A DNA stretch of 64,000 nucleotides from positions 5,911 to 69,910 of the forward strand of contig DAOUJT010000006.1 in NCBI GenBank assembly GCA_034422315.1. Direction: 5' to 3'. The number at the start of each line of letters is the position of its first letter. The stretch's first letter is position 1. Positions 38,006 through 47,557 of the stretch are shown here, in pieces. The position numbers and the translations under genes are program-made. Under the pieces are notes generated by a model that saw only the letters and a program-made list of their open reading frames with translations, made no database searches and was not told the DNA's origin. This stretch comes from Chloroflexota bacterium (GTDB lineage Bacteria > Chloroflexota > UBA11872).

Positions 38006-38758
38006 ATGGATATCGTCGGCTCCACCGCCCTCGTTACGGGCGCCAGCAGCGGGATCGGGCGCGCCGTCGCTAGGGCCCTGGCGCAAGGCGGCGCGCGCGT
38101 TGTTGGTCTTGGCCGCGACCAGCCCGCGCTCAGGTCGCTGGCGGAGGCCACCGGCGCAACCGTGCTGCAAGTGAACCTCGAATCCGACAGCGAGCTACAG
38201 CGATTCGTGGAACAGTCGCTGCCCGACCTTCCGGCGGTCGACGTCCTGGTCAACTGCGCGGGGTCAGGGCGCTTCGGGCCGCTGGCCGAGCACAGCGTGG
38301 AGGACATTGACCGGCTGCTAGCTGTCAACGTGCGCGCTCCAATCGCGCTGACTCAGGCGGTACTGCCGGGCATGCGGCGGCGTGGTCGCGGTCGGGTGGT
38401 GAATGTCGCTTCGATTGCGGGTCGCTTGGGCGTGCCGAACGAGACCGTCTATAGCGCGTCCAAAGGCGCATTGGCGGTCTTCAGCCGCGCCCTGGATGCG
38501 GAGCTGGCCGGAACCGGCGTGGGGGTGACAGTCGTCATTCCGGGTGTGGTGCAAACACCCTTCTTCGAACGTCGGGGCGCACCCTACGACCGGGGCTGGC
38601 CGCGGCCGCTGCCGCCGGAACGCGTGGCGCGGACCATCGTGCGCGCCGTCTCCCGCGACCAGTCGGAGGTCGTGGTTCCAGCCTGGCTGCGGATTCCAGT
38701 CTGGTTGCAGGCCACCATGCCCGGTCTTTACGGAAGGCTGGAGCGCTTGGTTGGCTAA
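38006..38758 (+). CDS. SDR-family short-chain dehydrogenase/reductase.
   Basis: TGASSGIGRAVARAL Rossmann motif. Catalytic YSASKGAL. N-terminal start chosen at MDIVGS. Confidence 0.8.
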   Translation: MDIVGSTALVTGASSGIGRAVARALAQGGARVVGLGRDQPALRSLAEATGATVLQVNLESDSELQRFVEQSLPDLPAVDVLVNCAGSGRFGPLAEHSVEDIDRLLAVNVRAPIALTQAVLPGMRRRGRGRVVNVASIAGRLGVPNETVYSASKGALAVFSRALDAELAGTGVGVTVVIPGVVQTPFFERRGAPYDRGWPRPLPPERVARTIVRAVSRDQSEVVVPAWLRIPVWLQATMPGLYGRLERLVG

Positions 38759-38766
38759 GCGCGCGC

Positions 38767-39777
38767 CTAACGCAACGCGCCGGCCAGAGCGCGAACTGAT
38801 TCCTTGGCCGAAGAGGCGGTATCCAGCACCGCGGTCGGCTCGTAGCCGCAGTGGGCCATGCAGTTGGCGCAGCGCGGGTCCTTACCTCGGCCGTAGGCGT
38901 CCCAATCGGTGGTCTCCAGCAGCTCTTTGTATGACTCCGTGTAGCCGTCGGCCATGAGGTAGCAGGGCCGCTGCCAGCCGAAGATGGAGTAGCTGGGAAT
39001 CCCCCAGGCCGTGCACTGGTAGTCAACCTTGCCTTCGAGGAAGTCCAGAAACCGCGGGCTGTGGTTCAGGCGCCAGCGATCGCGCCTGCCGTCAGCAAAG
39101 GCCTCGCTGAAGACGGCGCGGGTGCGATCAACCGGGAGGAAATGATCCTGGTCGGGCGCCTTCTCGTAGGCGTAGCCGGGCGAGATCATCATGCTGTCCA
39201 CTTCCAACTCGTCATTCAGGAAATCCAGCACCGCCCGCACGTCCTGCGCCGAATCCTGGGTGAAGAAGGTCGTGTTGGTCGTGACCCGGAAACCGGCGTT
39301 CTGGGCGGCCTTGATGGCGGCGACGGCCACTTCGAACACGCCCTCGCGCGCCACGGACTGGTCGTGCCGCTCCTTCAGACCGTCCAGGTGAATGGCGAAC
39401 GCAAAGTAGGGCGACGGCGTGAACAGGTGCAGCTTCTGCTCCAGCATGATCGCGTTGGTGCACAGGTACACGAACTTGCGCCGGCGCACCAGTTCCTCGG
39501 CGATGTGGTCGATCTCGGGATGAATCAGCGGCTCGCCGCCGGCGATGGAAACCATCGGCGCGCCGCTTTCCTCGATTGCCGCCAGCGCTTGCTCCACCGG
39601 CATGCGCCGTCGCAGCGTCTCGGTGGGATGCTGGATTTTCCCGCAGCCCTCGCAGGCCAGATTGCAGGCGTATAGCGGCTCGAGTTCCACGATCAGCGGA
39701 AACTTCTCCCGCCCCTGCAGCCGCTGGCGAAAGAGATACCACCCCACCGCCAGGCTCTGACGCAGCGGAACGCCCAT
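38767..39777 (-). CDS. hpnH: Hopanoid-biosynthesis radical SAM protein HpnH (adenosylhopane synthase).
   Basis: CNLACEGCGK radical-SAM cluster motif. HpnH-specific segments ISPGYAYEKAPDQDHFL, GWQRPCYLMADGY and DPRCANCMAHCGYEP. Confidence 0.85.
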   Translation of the reverse strand: MGVPLRQSLAVGWYLFRQRLQGREKFPLIVELEPLYACNLACEGCGKIQHPTETLRRRMPVEQALAAIEESGAPMVSIAGGEPLIHPEIDHIAEELVRRRKFVYLCTNAIMLEQKLHLFTPSPYFAFAIHLDGLKERHDQSVAREGVFEVAVAAIKAAQNAGFRVTTNTTFFTQDSAQDVRAVLDFLNDELEVDSMMISPGYAYEKAPDQDHFLPVDRTRAVFSEAFADGRRDRWRLNHSPRFLDFLEGKVDYQCTAWGIPSYSIFGWQRPCYLMADGYTESYKELLETTDWDAYGRGKDPRCANCMAHCGYEPTAVLDTASSAKESVRALAGALR

Positions 39778-39844
39778 GAATAACCATTCACCTTCCAGAG
39801 GCGGCCGCCAAACCTACGACGGGAGCGCGCGAGCGTCCAGAGTC

Positions 39845-40189
39845 CTACAGGTCGAGGACTAGACGAAGGCCTTCGTCAATGCGCGCCATCACCTGGAGCG
39901 GCGCCTGGCCCACTGGGTCCGAGAGATAGGCTCGGTCAACGGTCAACAGTTGCGTCACGTTGACCACCGATGGTCGAGGGAGCCCGGCTTCCGACGCCGT
40001 CAAAACGACATTGCCGGGAGCGGCGGCCAGCCGCAGGTTTGTTGTCAGCGCCAGCCCTAGAACCGTCCGAAGCCGGCTACGGTTGAAGGCGTCCGCCTGC
40101 ACGATGAGCACCGGTCGCCGAAACCCAGGCTCGGATCCTCGCGGCTCGTCCAGATCGGCCCAGCAAATGTCGCCCCGCTCGACTACCAC
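39845..40189 (-). CDS. mazF: MazF/PemK-family type II toxin endoribonuclease.
   Basis: RGDICWADLDEPRGSEPGFRRPVLIVQADAFN is the classic PemK/MazF N-terminus. Overlaps the upstream antitoxin gene. Confidence 0.8.
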   Translation of the reverse strand: MVVERGDICWADLDEPRGSEPGFRRPVLIVQADAFNRSRLRTVLGLALTTNLRLAAAPGNVVLTASEAGLPRPSVVNVTQLLTVDRAYLSDPVGQAPLQVMARIDEGLRLVLDL

Positions 40190-40419
40190 TCGTCAGCCGC
40201 GAGACTACGCCCTTGCATGCGGCGCAGTTCGGGTGCCAGCTGACTCGGCTGCTCGCGATAGACCTCGTCCAGCAGCGCCGTGATGTGCTCGTCGCGGCGC
40301 CTCGCGAGGTATTCGGAAACGGCGGTGGCGTACAGCTTGCTGCGAGTTACGCCCAACTCCTTTGCCAGCTCGTCGGCCGCCTGGAACAGATCGTCGGGAA
40401 GCGAAATTGCCGTTTTCAT
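40183..40419 (-). CDS. RHH/MazE-like antitoxin paired with the MazF-family toxin.
   Basis: MKTAISLPDDLFQAADELAKELGVTRSKLYATAVSEYL. 7-nt overlap with the toxin gene. Confidence 0.7.
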   Translation of the reverse strand: MKTAISLPDDLFQAADELAKELGVTRSKLYATAVSEYLARRRDEHITALLDEVYREQPSQLAPELRRMQGRSLAADEW

Positions 40420-40626
40420 ACCGAAATCATACCTCAGCCTGACCCCTGATGTCACGTCCGAGGCAAGGTTGTCACCAGCTTTGGGCTCATCAGATAGCTG
40501 TAGGTGCCGGTGGGACCATGCGAACGTGCATTGGCACCGTGATGGACCCAGGATAGGAATTACCCTCCGTTCAGCCCATGCTGTCCGTGCGCGGTAGCTT
40601 CGGCACGATGCATCGATTCAGCGGGA

Positions 40627-41355
40627 TCAGCGCGGCTTCAGGCTGTGCCCATCGAAGTCATATGCGTCGCTGTTGCGCTCGGCCACGACCCTTAGCGCAT
40701 CCGTGATGACACGGTCCAGCTCAAACTCCGAGTCCGGCTGGCCCACTCTGGCGAACGGAATCGTGGACTGTTCCGGGCTGGCTGATACAAGCCCGAGGTA
40801 GAAGCTCTCAAATTGCTCGTCGCGGCCTGCTGGGTCTTGGCGGCCCGTAAACAGCCTGAGGCCGCGGTGAGCATTCTCAATTGTCGGAGAGCGGCGGCTC
40901 GTTCCGTCGTGGCGGGCACCTTCGTCAAATACGAAGAGTCCAACCAGCGTGGCGTATGGAAATCGACGGTGAAGCGTGACGGCCTCGAACAGCATGTCAC
41001 CTCGCCGGTTAGTGAAGTTCTTCTGGTAGTTCTTCGTTCGCAGGTCGGGGAAGCTGATGCACTTGACCGAGAACGCAAGAAGTAAGCCGGCCTCTTCGGT
41101 CGCCCAGGTCACGTCGACTCGCTTATCACCAATCCCTCCAGCCATCCGGCGCTCGGCTCCAGAAACGCGGTTGCCGCTGGCAACAGGGCGTGCGCCAGAT
41201 AATCCGCGCTGTCGCAGACACTCGGCGACCACTTGGGCAATGGCGGCCGACATCAACTCCGAATAGCGCTTCTTGTCGCTGGCGCGTGCTTTAAGGGTCG
41301 GTTTCGGCTCGAGCCCACAGAGCACATTGAGCAGTCGCTGATGATCGGTGCTCAT
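40627..41355 (-). CDS. Putative Type II restriction endonuclease (novel, no family recognised). Candidate PD-(D/E)xK residues lie around GDKRVDV...EEAGLLLAFSVK.
   Basis: Immediately downstream of, and overlapping by 4 nt, an N6-adenine DNA methyltransferase gene. Size 242 aa. Assignment by genomic context. Confidence 0.45.
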   Translation of the reverse strand: MSTDHQRLLNVLCGLEPKPTLKARASDKKRYSELMSAAIAQVVAECLRQRGLSGARPVASGNRVSGAERRMAGGIGDKRVDVTWATEEAGLLLAFSVKCISFPDLRTKNYQKNFTNRRGDMLFEAVTLHRRFPYATLVGLFVFDEGARHDGTSRRSPTIENAHRGLRLFTGRQDPAGRDEQFESFYLGLVSASPEQSTIPFARVGQPDSEFELDRVITDALRVVAERNSDAYDFDGHSLKPR

Positions 41356-43040
41356 TGCGAGCGAGTCCGCGCGAACCTGCGCGAGCGGAGTATGTCCCGC
41401 GTCTTTCTTACCTGCGATAAGAGGACGGCGCGCGATGCACGTTGCTGACCGAGCAGTACTTCATCGACCCTGGCCCGGATGTCGTCATGCGCCGCAGAGC
41501 GAAGCAGCCGTCCCGTGGATGCTTCCATGGACCGCAATTCACGCGCGCAACGCTCAATAGTCCGAGGCGATGGGACAGGTAGCTGTGCTGCTTCACGAGG
41601 CTCCATTTTCAAAACCCCTCCGCCGTATGAGCGGCCAGCAATTTCGGCGCCGAGAGCGGTAACGGAATTGAGCGCCGCAAGAGGCAGCAGTTCCCAGTCG
41701 CGTCGAAACGGTGCGTGGAGGCGCAGTCCATGTACTGAGTTCAGGGCATGAACTCTGGCCGTGTTGGCAATCAGGCGTGGAGAGTCGTGGCTCATATAAG
41801 TGACGAACATGTCGGGGAGCTTCGGCAGTGGAACGCTCCACCAGGGACGACGAACCCGACACTTGTAGGCCTGATGCACTTTCTGCTGCTCACCGATTTC
41901 TACGTACGTGCGGGCAGCTGGGGATCGCAGGGCGTCGCCCGGATAGAAGAGTTGCGTTTTGGAGTTTCGTTCCGTGAGCTCACGATGAACGTCGCGCGAG
42001 TACGCAAGGTTCTTGAGAGCACCTGATCCTGGCGGAAGCACATCGATGAGATCGCTCGGACCAAGATTCAACCGGTTCGCTTGAGCCTTTGACATTCGAA
42101 AGTACGTGTTGTTCCCAGTTACAGCGCCGAGGTGAACTGTGCCCCACCGAGACAGGGGCACGAAGTCCTGTGAATCAAGCAACTCTCTGTAGAAGTCGAA
42201 AGATTCTCCAGCGACCAACGCCGACGTCCATTTCGTCTCCTCCGGGGCAGGAGTCCAGTTCCTGCGCGTGACCTGGTGACGTTGCAAACTCTCCAAGTCT
42301 TTTGCCTGCACGAGTTCGATGGAATCGGTGGAGCCTCGTCCTTCGGCGAGCAGCAGAACAATCTCGCTGATCACACCGGGAAACACTCGCGTTTCGAATG
42401 TGACCAGTGTGACCCGGGCAAACTGGCACATCAGGTATCGGCGGACGGGGGCGGCGTACCTGACATGTAGAAGCTCGGCGGGAAGAACCAGTGCCAAGCG
42501 CCCGTCCCTATTGAGGAATTGAGAGGCGTGCACAACAAATGCCGCCCAGGAATTGGCTAGGCCATCAAGCTGAACGCCTCCCGCAGCCGCGGCGCGTTGC
42601 GCCTTCGTCCTGGCGTTGCCAGCGAACGACTGGTACCGCACAAACGGTGGGTTTCCGATCACGGCGTCGGCCGTCGGCGTCGGCCGTATGTCAAAGAAGT
42701 CGGCTGCCTCAACTCGCGCATTGGCGTGTAGCGATGCAATGGTTGAACGCGCGATGTCGCTGGCGACCGCGTCAAGTTCGAAGCCCAAGATTGAGGCAGC
42801 CGGCTGCTCTCCGAGATCGCTCAGGTTCTTTAGCCGCTGCGAGGCCGCGGCCAGAAAAGCTCCTTCTCCGCAAGAGGGTTCGACAACCGTGTCACGTGAT
42901 CCGCGGATGGCCCATTCCGCTAGAAAGTTCGCGATCTGCGGAGGCGTATAGAAGGCCCCGCGAGCCTTCAACGGCGAAACAGCGACGGTCAGACATCCTT
43001 CACGACTGATGAAAAAACCGTAGCACGCATGGACCGCCAC
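41352..43040 (-). CDS. N6-adenine-specific DNA methyltransferase (gamma-class, Type II/IIG-like).
   Basis: GAFYTPPQIANFL (AdoMet-binding motif I region) and IGNPPFVRY (catalytic NPPF motif IV). Confidence 0.8.
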   Translation of the reverse strand: MAVHACYGFFISREGCLTVAVSPLKARGAFYTPPQIANFLAEWAIRGSRDTVVEPSCGEGAFLAAASQRLKNLSDLGEQPAASILGFELDAVASDIARSTIASLHANARVEAADFFDIRPTPTADAVIGNPPFVRYQSFAGNARTKAQRAAAAGGVQLDGLANSWAAFVVHASQFLNRDGRLALVLPAELLHVRYAAPVRRYLMCQFARVTLVTFETRVFPGVISEIVLLLAEGRGSTDSIELVQAKDLESLQRHQVTRRNWTPAPEETKWTSALVAGESFDFYRELLDSQDFVPLSRWGTVHLGAVTGNNTYFRMSKAQANRLNLGPSDLIDVLPPGSGALKNLAYSRDVHRELTERNSKTQLFYPGDALRSPAARTYVEIGEQQKVHQAYKCRVRRPWWSVPLPKLPDMFVTYMSHDSPRLIANTARVHALNSVHGLRLHAPFRRDWELLPLAALNSVTALGAEIAGRSYGGGVLKMEPREAAQLPVPSPRTIERCARELRSMEASTGRLLRSAAHDDIRARVDEVLLGQQRASRAVLLSQVRKTRDILRSRRFARTRSQ

Positions 43041-43115
43041 CTGCCTGCCAAGCGCTTTCGACGCAAGCTACTGTGCTGGAGGCTTGGCAAGTCGCCGAGA
43101 GCAACTGCCGCCGCG

Positions 43116-43406
43116 TCAGGGCGTATCCTCGCCGGGCTCGAAGCTGATCGTGAGCCGCATCCCGGTGGCCTGGGCGAACTTCTCGAGCGTGCGGGTGGAG
43201 GGGTGGGCGCGTCCGCTTTCGAGTCGGGCCACGACCGACTGGGTGGTCTGCATGCGTTCGGCCAGCTGTGCCTGCGTGAGCCCGGCGTTCGTGCGCGCCT
43301 CGATCAGGGCCCGCGCCAGCCGGAACTTTGGCGCGAATTCGTCATAAGCCTCTCGATAGGCCGGATCGCGTAGCCACGTCGTGTGCAGGGATTGAACATT
43401 GCGCAT
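43116..43406 (-). CDS. XRE-family HTH transcriptional regulator. Candidate controller (C) protein of the adjacent R-M system.
   Basis: HTH LTQAQLAERMQTTQSVVARLESG. Located immediately upstream of the methylase and endonuclease genes on the same strand. Confidence 0.65.
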   Translation of the reverse strand: MRNVQSLHTTWLRDPAYREAYDEFAPKFRLARALIEARTNAGLTQAQLAERMQTTQSVVARLESGRAHPSTRTLEKFAQATGMRLTISFEPGEDTP

Positions 43407-43476
43407 GCCATGAGCATACGAACGCTTCGCAACTCCAACTAGATTTCCTGGTTTGGCCGGCTGCGACCTGACGCTG

Positions 43477-45372
43477 TCACCGACCGTCCTCGTCCCGCCC
43501 CGCTTTCCTGGCGTACCGCCCCAGTGCCATCAACGGAAATAGCAGTCGATAGAAGTGATAGTTGATGTAGAAGGCGCCGGGGAAACCGGTGCCGGTGTAG
43601 TGGTCTTCGTCCCAGTTCCCGTCGTGGCGTTGCGTGCGAATCAGGAATTCGACGCCGCCTCGCACCGCCGGCGATTCGAGGTCCGCCTCCAGCAGGGCCA
43701 TGAGCGCCCAGGCGGTCTGCGACGCGGTGCTGGCCCCGCGACCGATCCAGGCGGGGTCGTCGTAGGAGCGGAGGTCCTCGCCCCAGCCGCCGTCGGCGTT
43801 CTGGTGCGCTTCCAGCCAGGCCACGGCGCGGCGCAGCGCGGGATCGTCAAGCGGCGTGCCGGTGGCAACCAGCGCCGGGACAACCACGCTCAGCCCGTAG
43901 ATGTGGTTGGCGCCCCAGCGGCCGAACCAGGAGCCGCCGGTCTCCTGCTCGGCGCGCAGCCAGGCCAGTCCCCGCCGCGCCGTCTCGGTGCCCAGAGCGT
44001 CCTCCTGCGCCAGGAAGTGCAGCGCACGCGCCGTCAGGTCGGCCGACGGGGGATCGATGACCTCGCCAAAGTCGCGGAACGACGGCTCGCGGCAAAGCGC
44101 ATTGGTGTTGTCGGCGTCGAACGCGCCCCAGCCGCCATTGCGCGACTGCATGCCTTCGATCCAGCCACGCGCCCGCACCAGCGCGGCGTCGACACGATCG
44201 GGGTCGGGATGGTCGACCCGCCGCAGCGCCAGCCCGACCTCGGCGGTGTCGTCGATGTCGGGATAGTTGTCGTTGGCGAACTCGAACGCCCAGCCTGCGG
44301 GCGCCAGGTGGGGCCGCCGGACGCTCCAGTCGCCTTTCACGCGGACTTCCTGGTCCAGCAGCCAGTCCGCCGCTCGAATCAGGCGGGGATCGTCGCCTGG
44401 CGTGCCGGAGTCATTGAGCGCCACGATGGCCAAAGCGGTATCCCAGACCGGCGACTGACAGGCCTCCAGCCGGCGCGCATACCCGTCGTCAATGGTGAAG
44501 GTGTCGAGTCCATCCAGGGCGCGCGCGATCATCGGATGGTCCAGCGGATAGCCGCGCAGCGTGAGCGCAATGATTGAGTTGACCCATGCCGGCTGGATGC
44601 CGCCCCACGAACCATCGCGTTCCTGCCGGCGCACGATCCAGGCCTCGGCGCGACTCAGCGCCGCCTTGCGCAGCCAGCCGATCGGACGCTTCTGGTACCA
44701 GCGGAGCAATCGGTCGACATGGTTGAAGAGCCCGGTCCACGTCAGGAACGAATAGTCCATGCGCGGAGCGTCAAACGTACGCAGTTCGTCGATCGAAAAC
44801 GGCGCGGGGCGAACCGGCTCATGGGAGCGAATGATCGTCAACGCCACGTAGGTCTGGCGCGCCCAGCAGGCGAAGTCGTAAATGTTGAGCGGCCACCAGG
44901 GCGGAAGCAGCATGACTTCCGGCGGCATGGCCGGAACGTCGTCCCAGGACCACCAGCCGTTCAGCGCCAGCCAAAAGCGAGTGAAGGTGCGGGTCGCCTC
45001 CACGCCGCCCTGTTCGCGAATCCAGGCCGCCGTCTGCTGCATGGGGGCGTCGTCCGGCTGGTCGCCGGCCAGGCGCAGCGCCACGTAGGCCTCGGTGGTG
45101 GTGTGGAGGTCGGACGGGCCGCCGTGGAAGTTGGCCCAGGTGCCGTCCGGCTGCCGGCGCGAGCGAATCCAGCGCGCGGTTCGCTCGGTCGTACCGCTAT
45201 CCAGGATGCCCAGGTAACGCCGCAGGAACAGGTCCTCGGCCTCGATGGTGACGTTGCTCTCCAGCTCGCCTTTCCACCAGCCCTCGGGATCCTGCAGGCC
45301 CAGCAGGTATCGTCGCGCTCGCTCGATAGCGTTGGAAAGCGCGTTGGGCCTCGCGGATACCTCGACGCTCAT
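43477..45372 (-). CDS. shc: Squalene-hopene cyclase.
   Basis: QW repeats. Catalytic DIDDTAEV (DxDDTA) motif. GSWFGRWGANHIYG. Its start overlaps the hpnE stop (ATGA). Confidence 0.9.
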   Translation of the reverse strand: MSVEVSARPNALSNAIERARRYLLGLQDPEGWWKGELESNVTIEAEDLFLRRYLGILDSGTTERTARWIRSRRQPDGTWANFHGGPSDLHTTTEAYVALRLAGDQPDDAPMQQTAAWIREQGGVEATRTFTRFWLALNGWWSWDDVPAMPPEVMLLPPWWPLNIYDFACWARQTYVALTIIRSHEPVRPAPFSIDELRTFDAPRMDYSFLTWTGLFNHVDRLLRWYQKRPIGWLRKAALSRAEAWIVRRQERDGSWGGIQPAWVNSIIALTLRGYPLDHPMIARALDGLDTFTIDDGYARRLEACQSPVWDTALAIVALNDSGTPGDDPRLIRAADWLLDQEVRVKGDWSVRRPHLAPAGWAFEFANDNYPDIDDTAEVGLALRRVDHPDPDRVDAALVRARGWIEGMQSRNGGWGAFDADNTNALCREPSFRDFGEVIDPPSADLTARALHFLAQEDALGTETARRGLAWLRAEQETGGSWFGRWGANHIYGLSVVVPALVATGTPLDDPALRRAVAWLEAHQNADGGWGEDLRSYDDPAWIGRGASTASQTAWALMALLEADLESPAVRGGVEFLIRTQRHDGNWDEDHYTGTGFPGAFYINYHFYRLLFPLMALGRYARKAGRDEDGR

Positions 45373-46721
45373 GCGGCTGTCGGCAAGCCCCGATCTCGCC
45401 CGAGGGCCAGCAGGATGTTGCGGGCCGCCTGGCGGCCGCTGCGGACGGCCCCTTCCATCGTGGCGGGCCAGCCGGTATCGGTCCACGCGCCGGCCAATGC
45501 GATTCGCGGGTCAGCCGTCGCCGCGCGCGGCCGCAGCTGCAGCGTGCCGGGGGACGGACGGAAGGTGGCTCGGTGCTCTCGCGTGACATAGAACGCCGTC
45601 ACGCGAGCTTCGGCGGCCGCGGGGAACAGACGGGCGAGTTCGGGGACGAACATCGCGCGCAACTCCTCGGTCGGGCGCTCGGCGTAAGCCATGGCGCCGG
45701 AAAGCGAAACGGCCAGACACTGGCCTATAGTCAAGCCTGCCGCAGCGCTGCGGTCAAACACCCACTGCACCGGCGTCCCCACGCCCGCGGCAAACGCATG
45801 CGCCATGACCGGTCGGTCGTAGATCACGTGCAGATTGACGATTGGGCTGTGCCCCAGGCCGGTGAAGCTCGCGGCGTTGGCGTGAACCTCCGCCGGTACC
45901 AGCCGGGCCGCCTGCTCGTGCGGCACGGCCAGCACCAGGGCCGCCGCCTGGATCTCTTCCGCGCCTACCCGGACCTGAACGCCCTCGGCGTCCGAGCGCT
46001 CGACGCCCGAAATCGCGCTGTGCATCCGGACGTCTACGCCAGAGGCCCCCAGTGCCGCTTCCGCCCGCGTGCCGTGCGCTTTCCCGAGCGGCACGGTTGC
46101 GTACCCGAGATCGGCGGCGGGCCCGTCGGTCAGCAATCCCACCTGGAACACCATGGCGCTCAGCCACAACGAGGCTTCGTCGGAGGGCAGGTTCAGCGTC
46201 GGCAGGACGATCAGGTCCCAGAACGATTCAAGCGCTCGCCGCGAGACGCCGTGGTTGCGCAGCCATGCGCCAAACGTCTGCTCGTCCAGGCTGCGGTCGC
46301 CCAGGTCCAACCGCGCCAGCGCCGCCGCCGAGCGCACGACGCGCCACTTGTCCAGTCGGCCGAGATGCCGGTACGACGCCAGGCTGCGGCTCAAGTGCAG
46401 CGGCGCGGGCAAGTCGGACCGCGCCAGGCGGCTGAGGCCGCGCTCGGGATGGATGACCGGGATGTCCAGCCGCCGTTGGAGCGTCACCAGGTCGCTTGCG
46501 CCAATCCGCTCGATGAACGCACGGTAGGCCGTGCAGCAGCGCAGGAATACGTGCTGGCCGTTGTCCAGCCAGAGCCCGTCGCGCTGAAACGAGTAGGTGG
46601 CGCCGCCCAGCCGCCCGCGGGCTTCCAGCAACGTCACTCGCAGACCCGCGTCCGCCAGCGCCAGCGCCGCGCTGATTCCGGCCAGGCCGCCGCCTGCCAC
46701 CACCACCGGCGCGGCGCTCAC
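45369..46721 (-). CDS. hpnE: Hydroxysqualene dehydroxylase HpnE (FAD-dependent amine-oxidase fold).
   Basis: VVVAGGGLAGISAALALADAGLRVTLLEARGRLGG dinucleotide-binding motif. Positioned between hpnD and shc. Confidence 0.8.
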   Translation of the reverse strand: MSAAPVVVAGGGLAGISAALALADAGLRVTLLEARGRLGGATYSFQRDGLWLDNGQHVFLRCCTAYRAFIERIGASDLVTLQRRLDIPVIHPERGLSRLARSDLPAPLHLSRSLASYRHLGRLDKWRVVRSAAALARLDLGDRSLDEQTFGAWLRNHGVSRRALESFWDLIVLPTLNLPSDEASLWLSAMVFQVGLLTDGPAADLGYATVPLGKAHGTRAEAALGASGVDVRMHSAISGVERSDAEGVQVRVGAEEIQAAALVLAVPHEQAARLVPAEVHANAASFTGLGHSPIVNLHVIYDRPVMAHAFAAGVGTPVQWVFDRSAAAGLTIGQCLAVSLSGAMAYAERPTEELRAMFVPELARLFPAAAEARVTAFYVTREHRATFRPSPGTLQLRPRAATADPRIALAGAWTDTGWPATMEGAVRSGRQAARNILLALGRDRGLPTAA

Positions 46722-47554
46722 CGGCCCGCCAAGCTCTGCGCCGCGACCAGCGCCTTCTCCCAGGCCGGCAGCGCCACGCGTCCCCGCAAGACGGCCGCCG
46801 GATCGCGCTCGATGCGCCGCAAGACGCGTCGATAGATGCCCGCCATGGCTCCCGCACAGGCGGAGCTGCGCGGGTCCAGCATGGGGCGCAGCCGCAGCCC
46901 CTCATCGAACCACTGCGTCGCGCGAATAGTCTGGAACCGAATCATCTCGTCGAATTGCGGGCCGGGCGGCGCGTCCGGGTCAAGCGTGCACTTGAACCGG
47001 CGCAGGTCTTCCCGCGGCAGGTAGATGCGATCGTTGCGATAGTCCTCCCGTACGTCTCGCAGGATGTTCGTGAGCTGCAACGCTACGCCCAGGGCATCGG
47101 CCAGCGGGGCCGCGCGCTCCATATTGTTGGCGCCGAACACCCCCAGCGACAGCCGGCCGATGGTGCCAGCGACTCTCCGGCAGTAGACCACCAGGTCGTC
47201 GAAGGTCTCGTACGTCGTGCCTCGAACGTCCATTTCCACGCCGTCGATCAGTTCGCCGAAGGCTTCCAGCGGAATCGGGAGCTGCCGGGAGGCGTGTCCG
47301 AGTGCGGCCAGCACCGGCTGATCCGCATCCGGCCCGATCTCCGTCAGTCGTTCTCTCGCCGTGCCCAGCGCCCTCGCCTTGGCCTCGGCGGGCAGGTCGC
47401 CGTCACCGATGTCGTCTATCTCACGCGCCAGCGCGTAGACCGCGCAGAGCGCCTGCCGCTTCGGTCCCGGTAGCAGGCGGATGCCCCAGTAGAAATTGCC
47501 GGCCTGCGTGCGGGTGATGTGCTCGCAGTGGGCGTAGGCCGCGGCCGGGTCCAT
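46718..47554 (-). CDS. hpnD: Presqualene diphosphate synthase HpnD (squalene/phytoene synthase family).
   Basis: NFYWGIRLLPGPKRQALCAVYALAREIDDIGD is the HpnD pattern. 4-nt overlap with hpnE. Confidence 0.8.
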   Translation of the reverse strand: MDPAAAYAHCEHITRTQAGNFYWGIRLLPGPKRQALCAVYALAREIDDIGDGDLPAEAKARALGTARERLTEIGPDADQPVLAALGHASRQLPIPLEAFGELIDGVEMDVRGTTYETFDDLVVYCRRVAGTIGRLSLGVFGANNMERAAPLADALGVALQLTNILRDVREDYRNDRIYLPREDLRRFKCTLDPDAPPGPQFDEMIRFQTIRATQWFDEGLRLRPMLDPRSSACAGAMAGIYRRVLRRIERDPAAVLRGRVALPAWEKALVAAQSLAGR

Positions 47555-47557
47555 CGC

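Noticed and set aside
43555-45591. Two long plus-strand ORFs (340 and 290 aa) across shc
   Set aside because: Antisense shadows of the squalene-hopene cyclase gene. Arg/Gly-rich.
45573-46835. 420-aa plus-strand ORF across hpnE
   Set aside because: Antisense shadow. Arg-rich with no domain.
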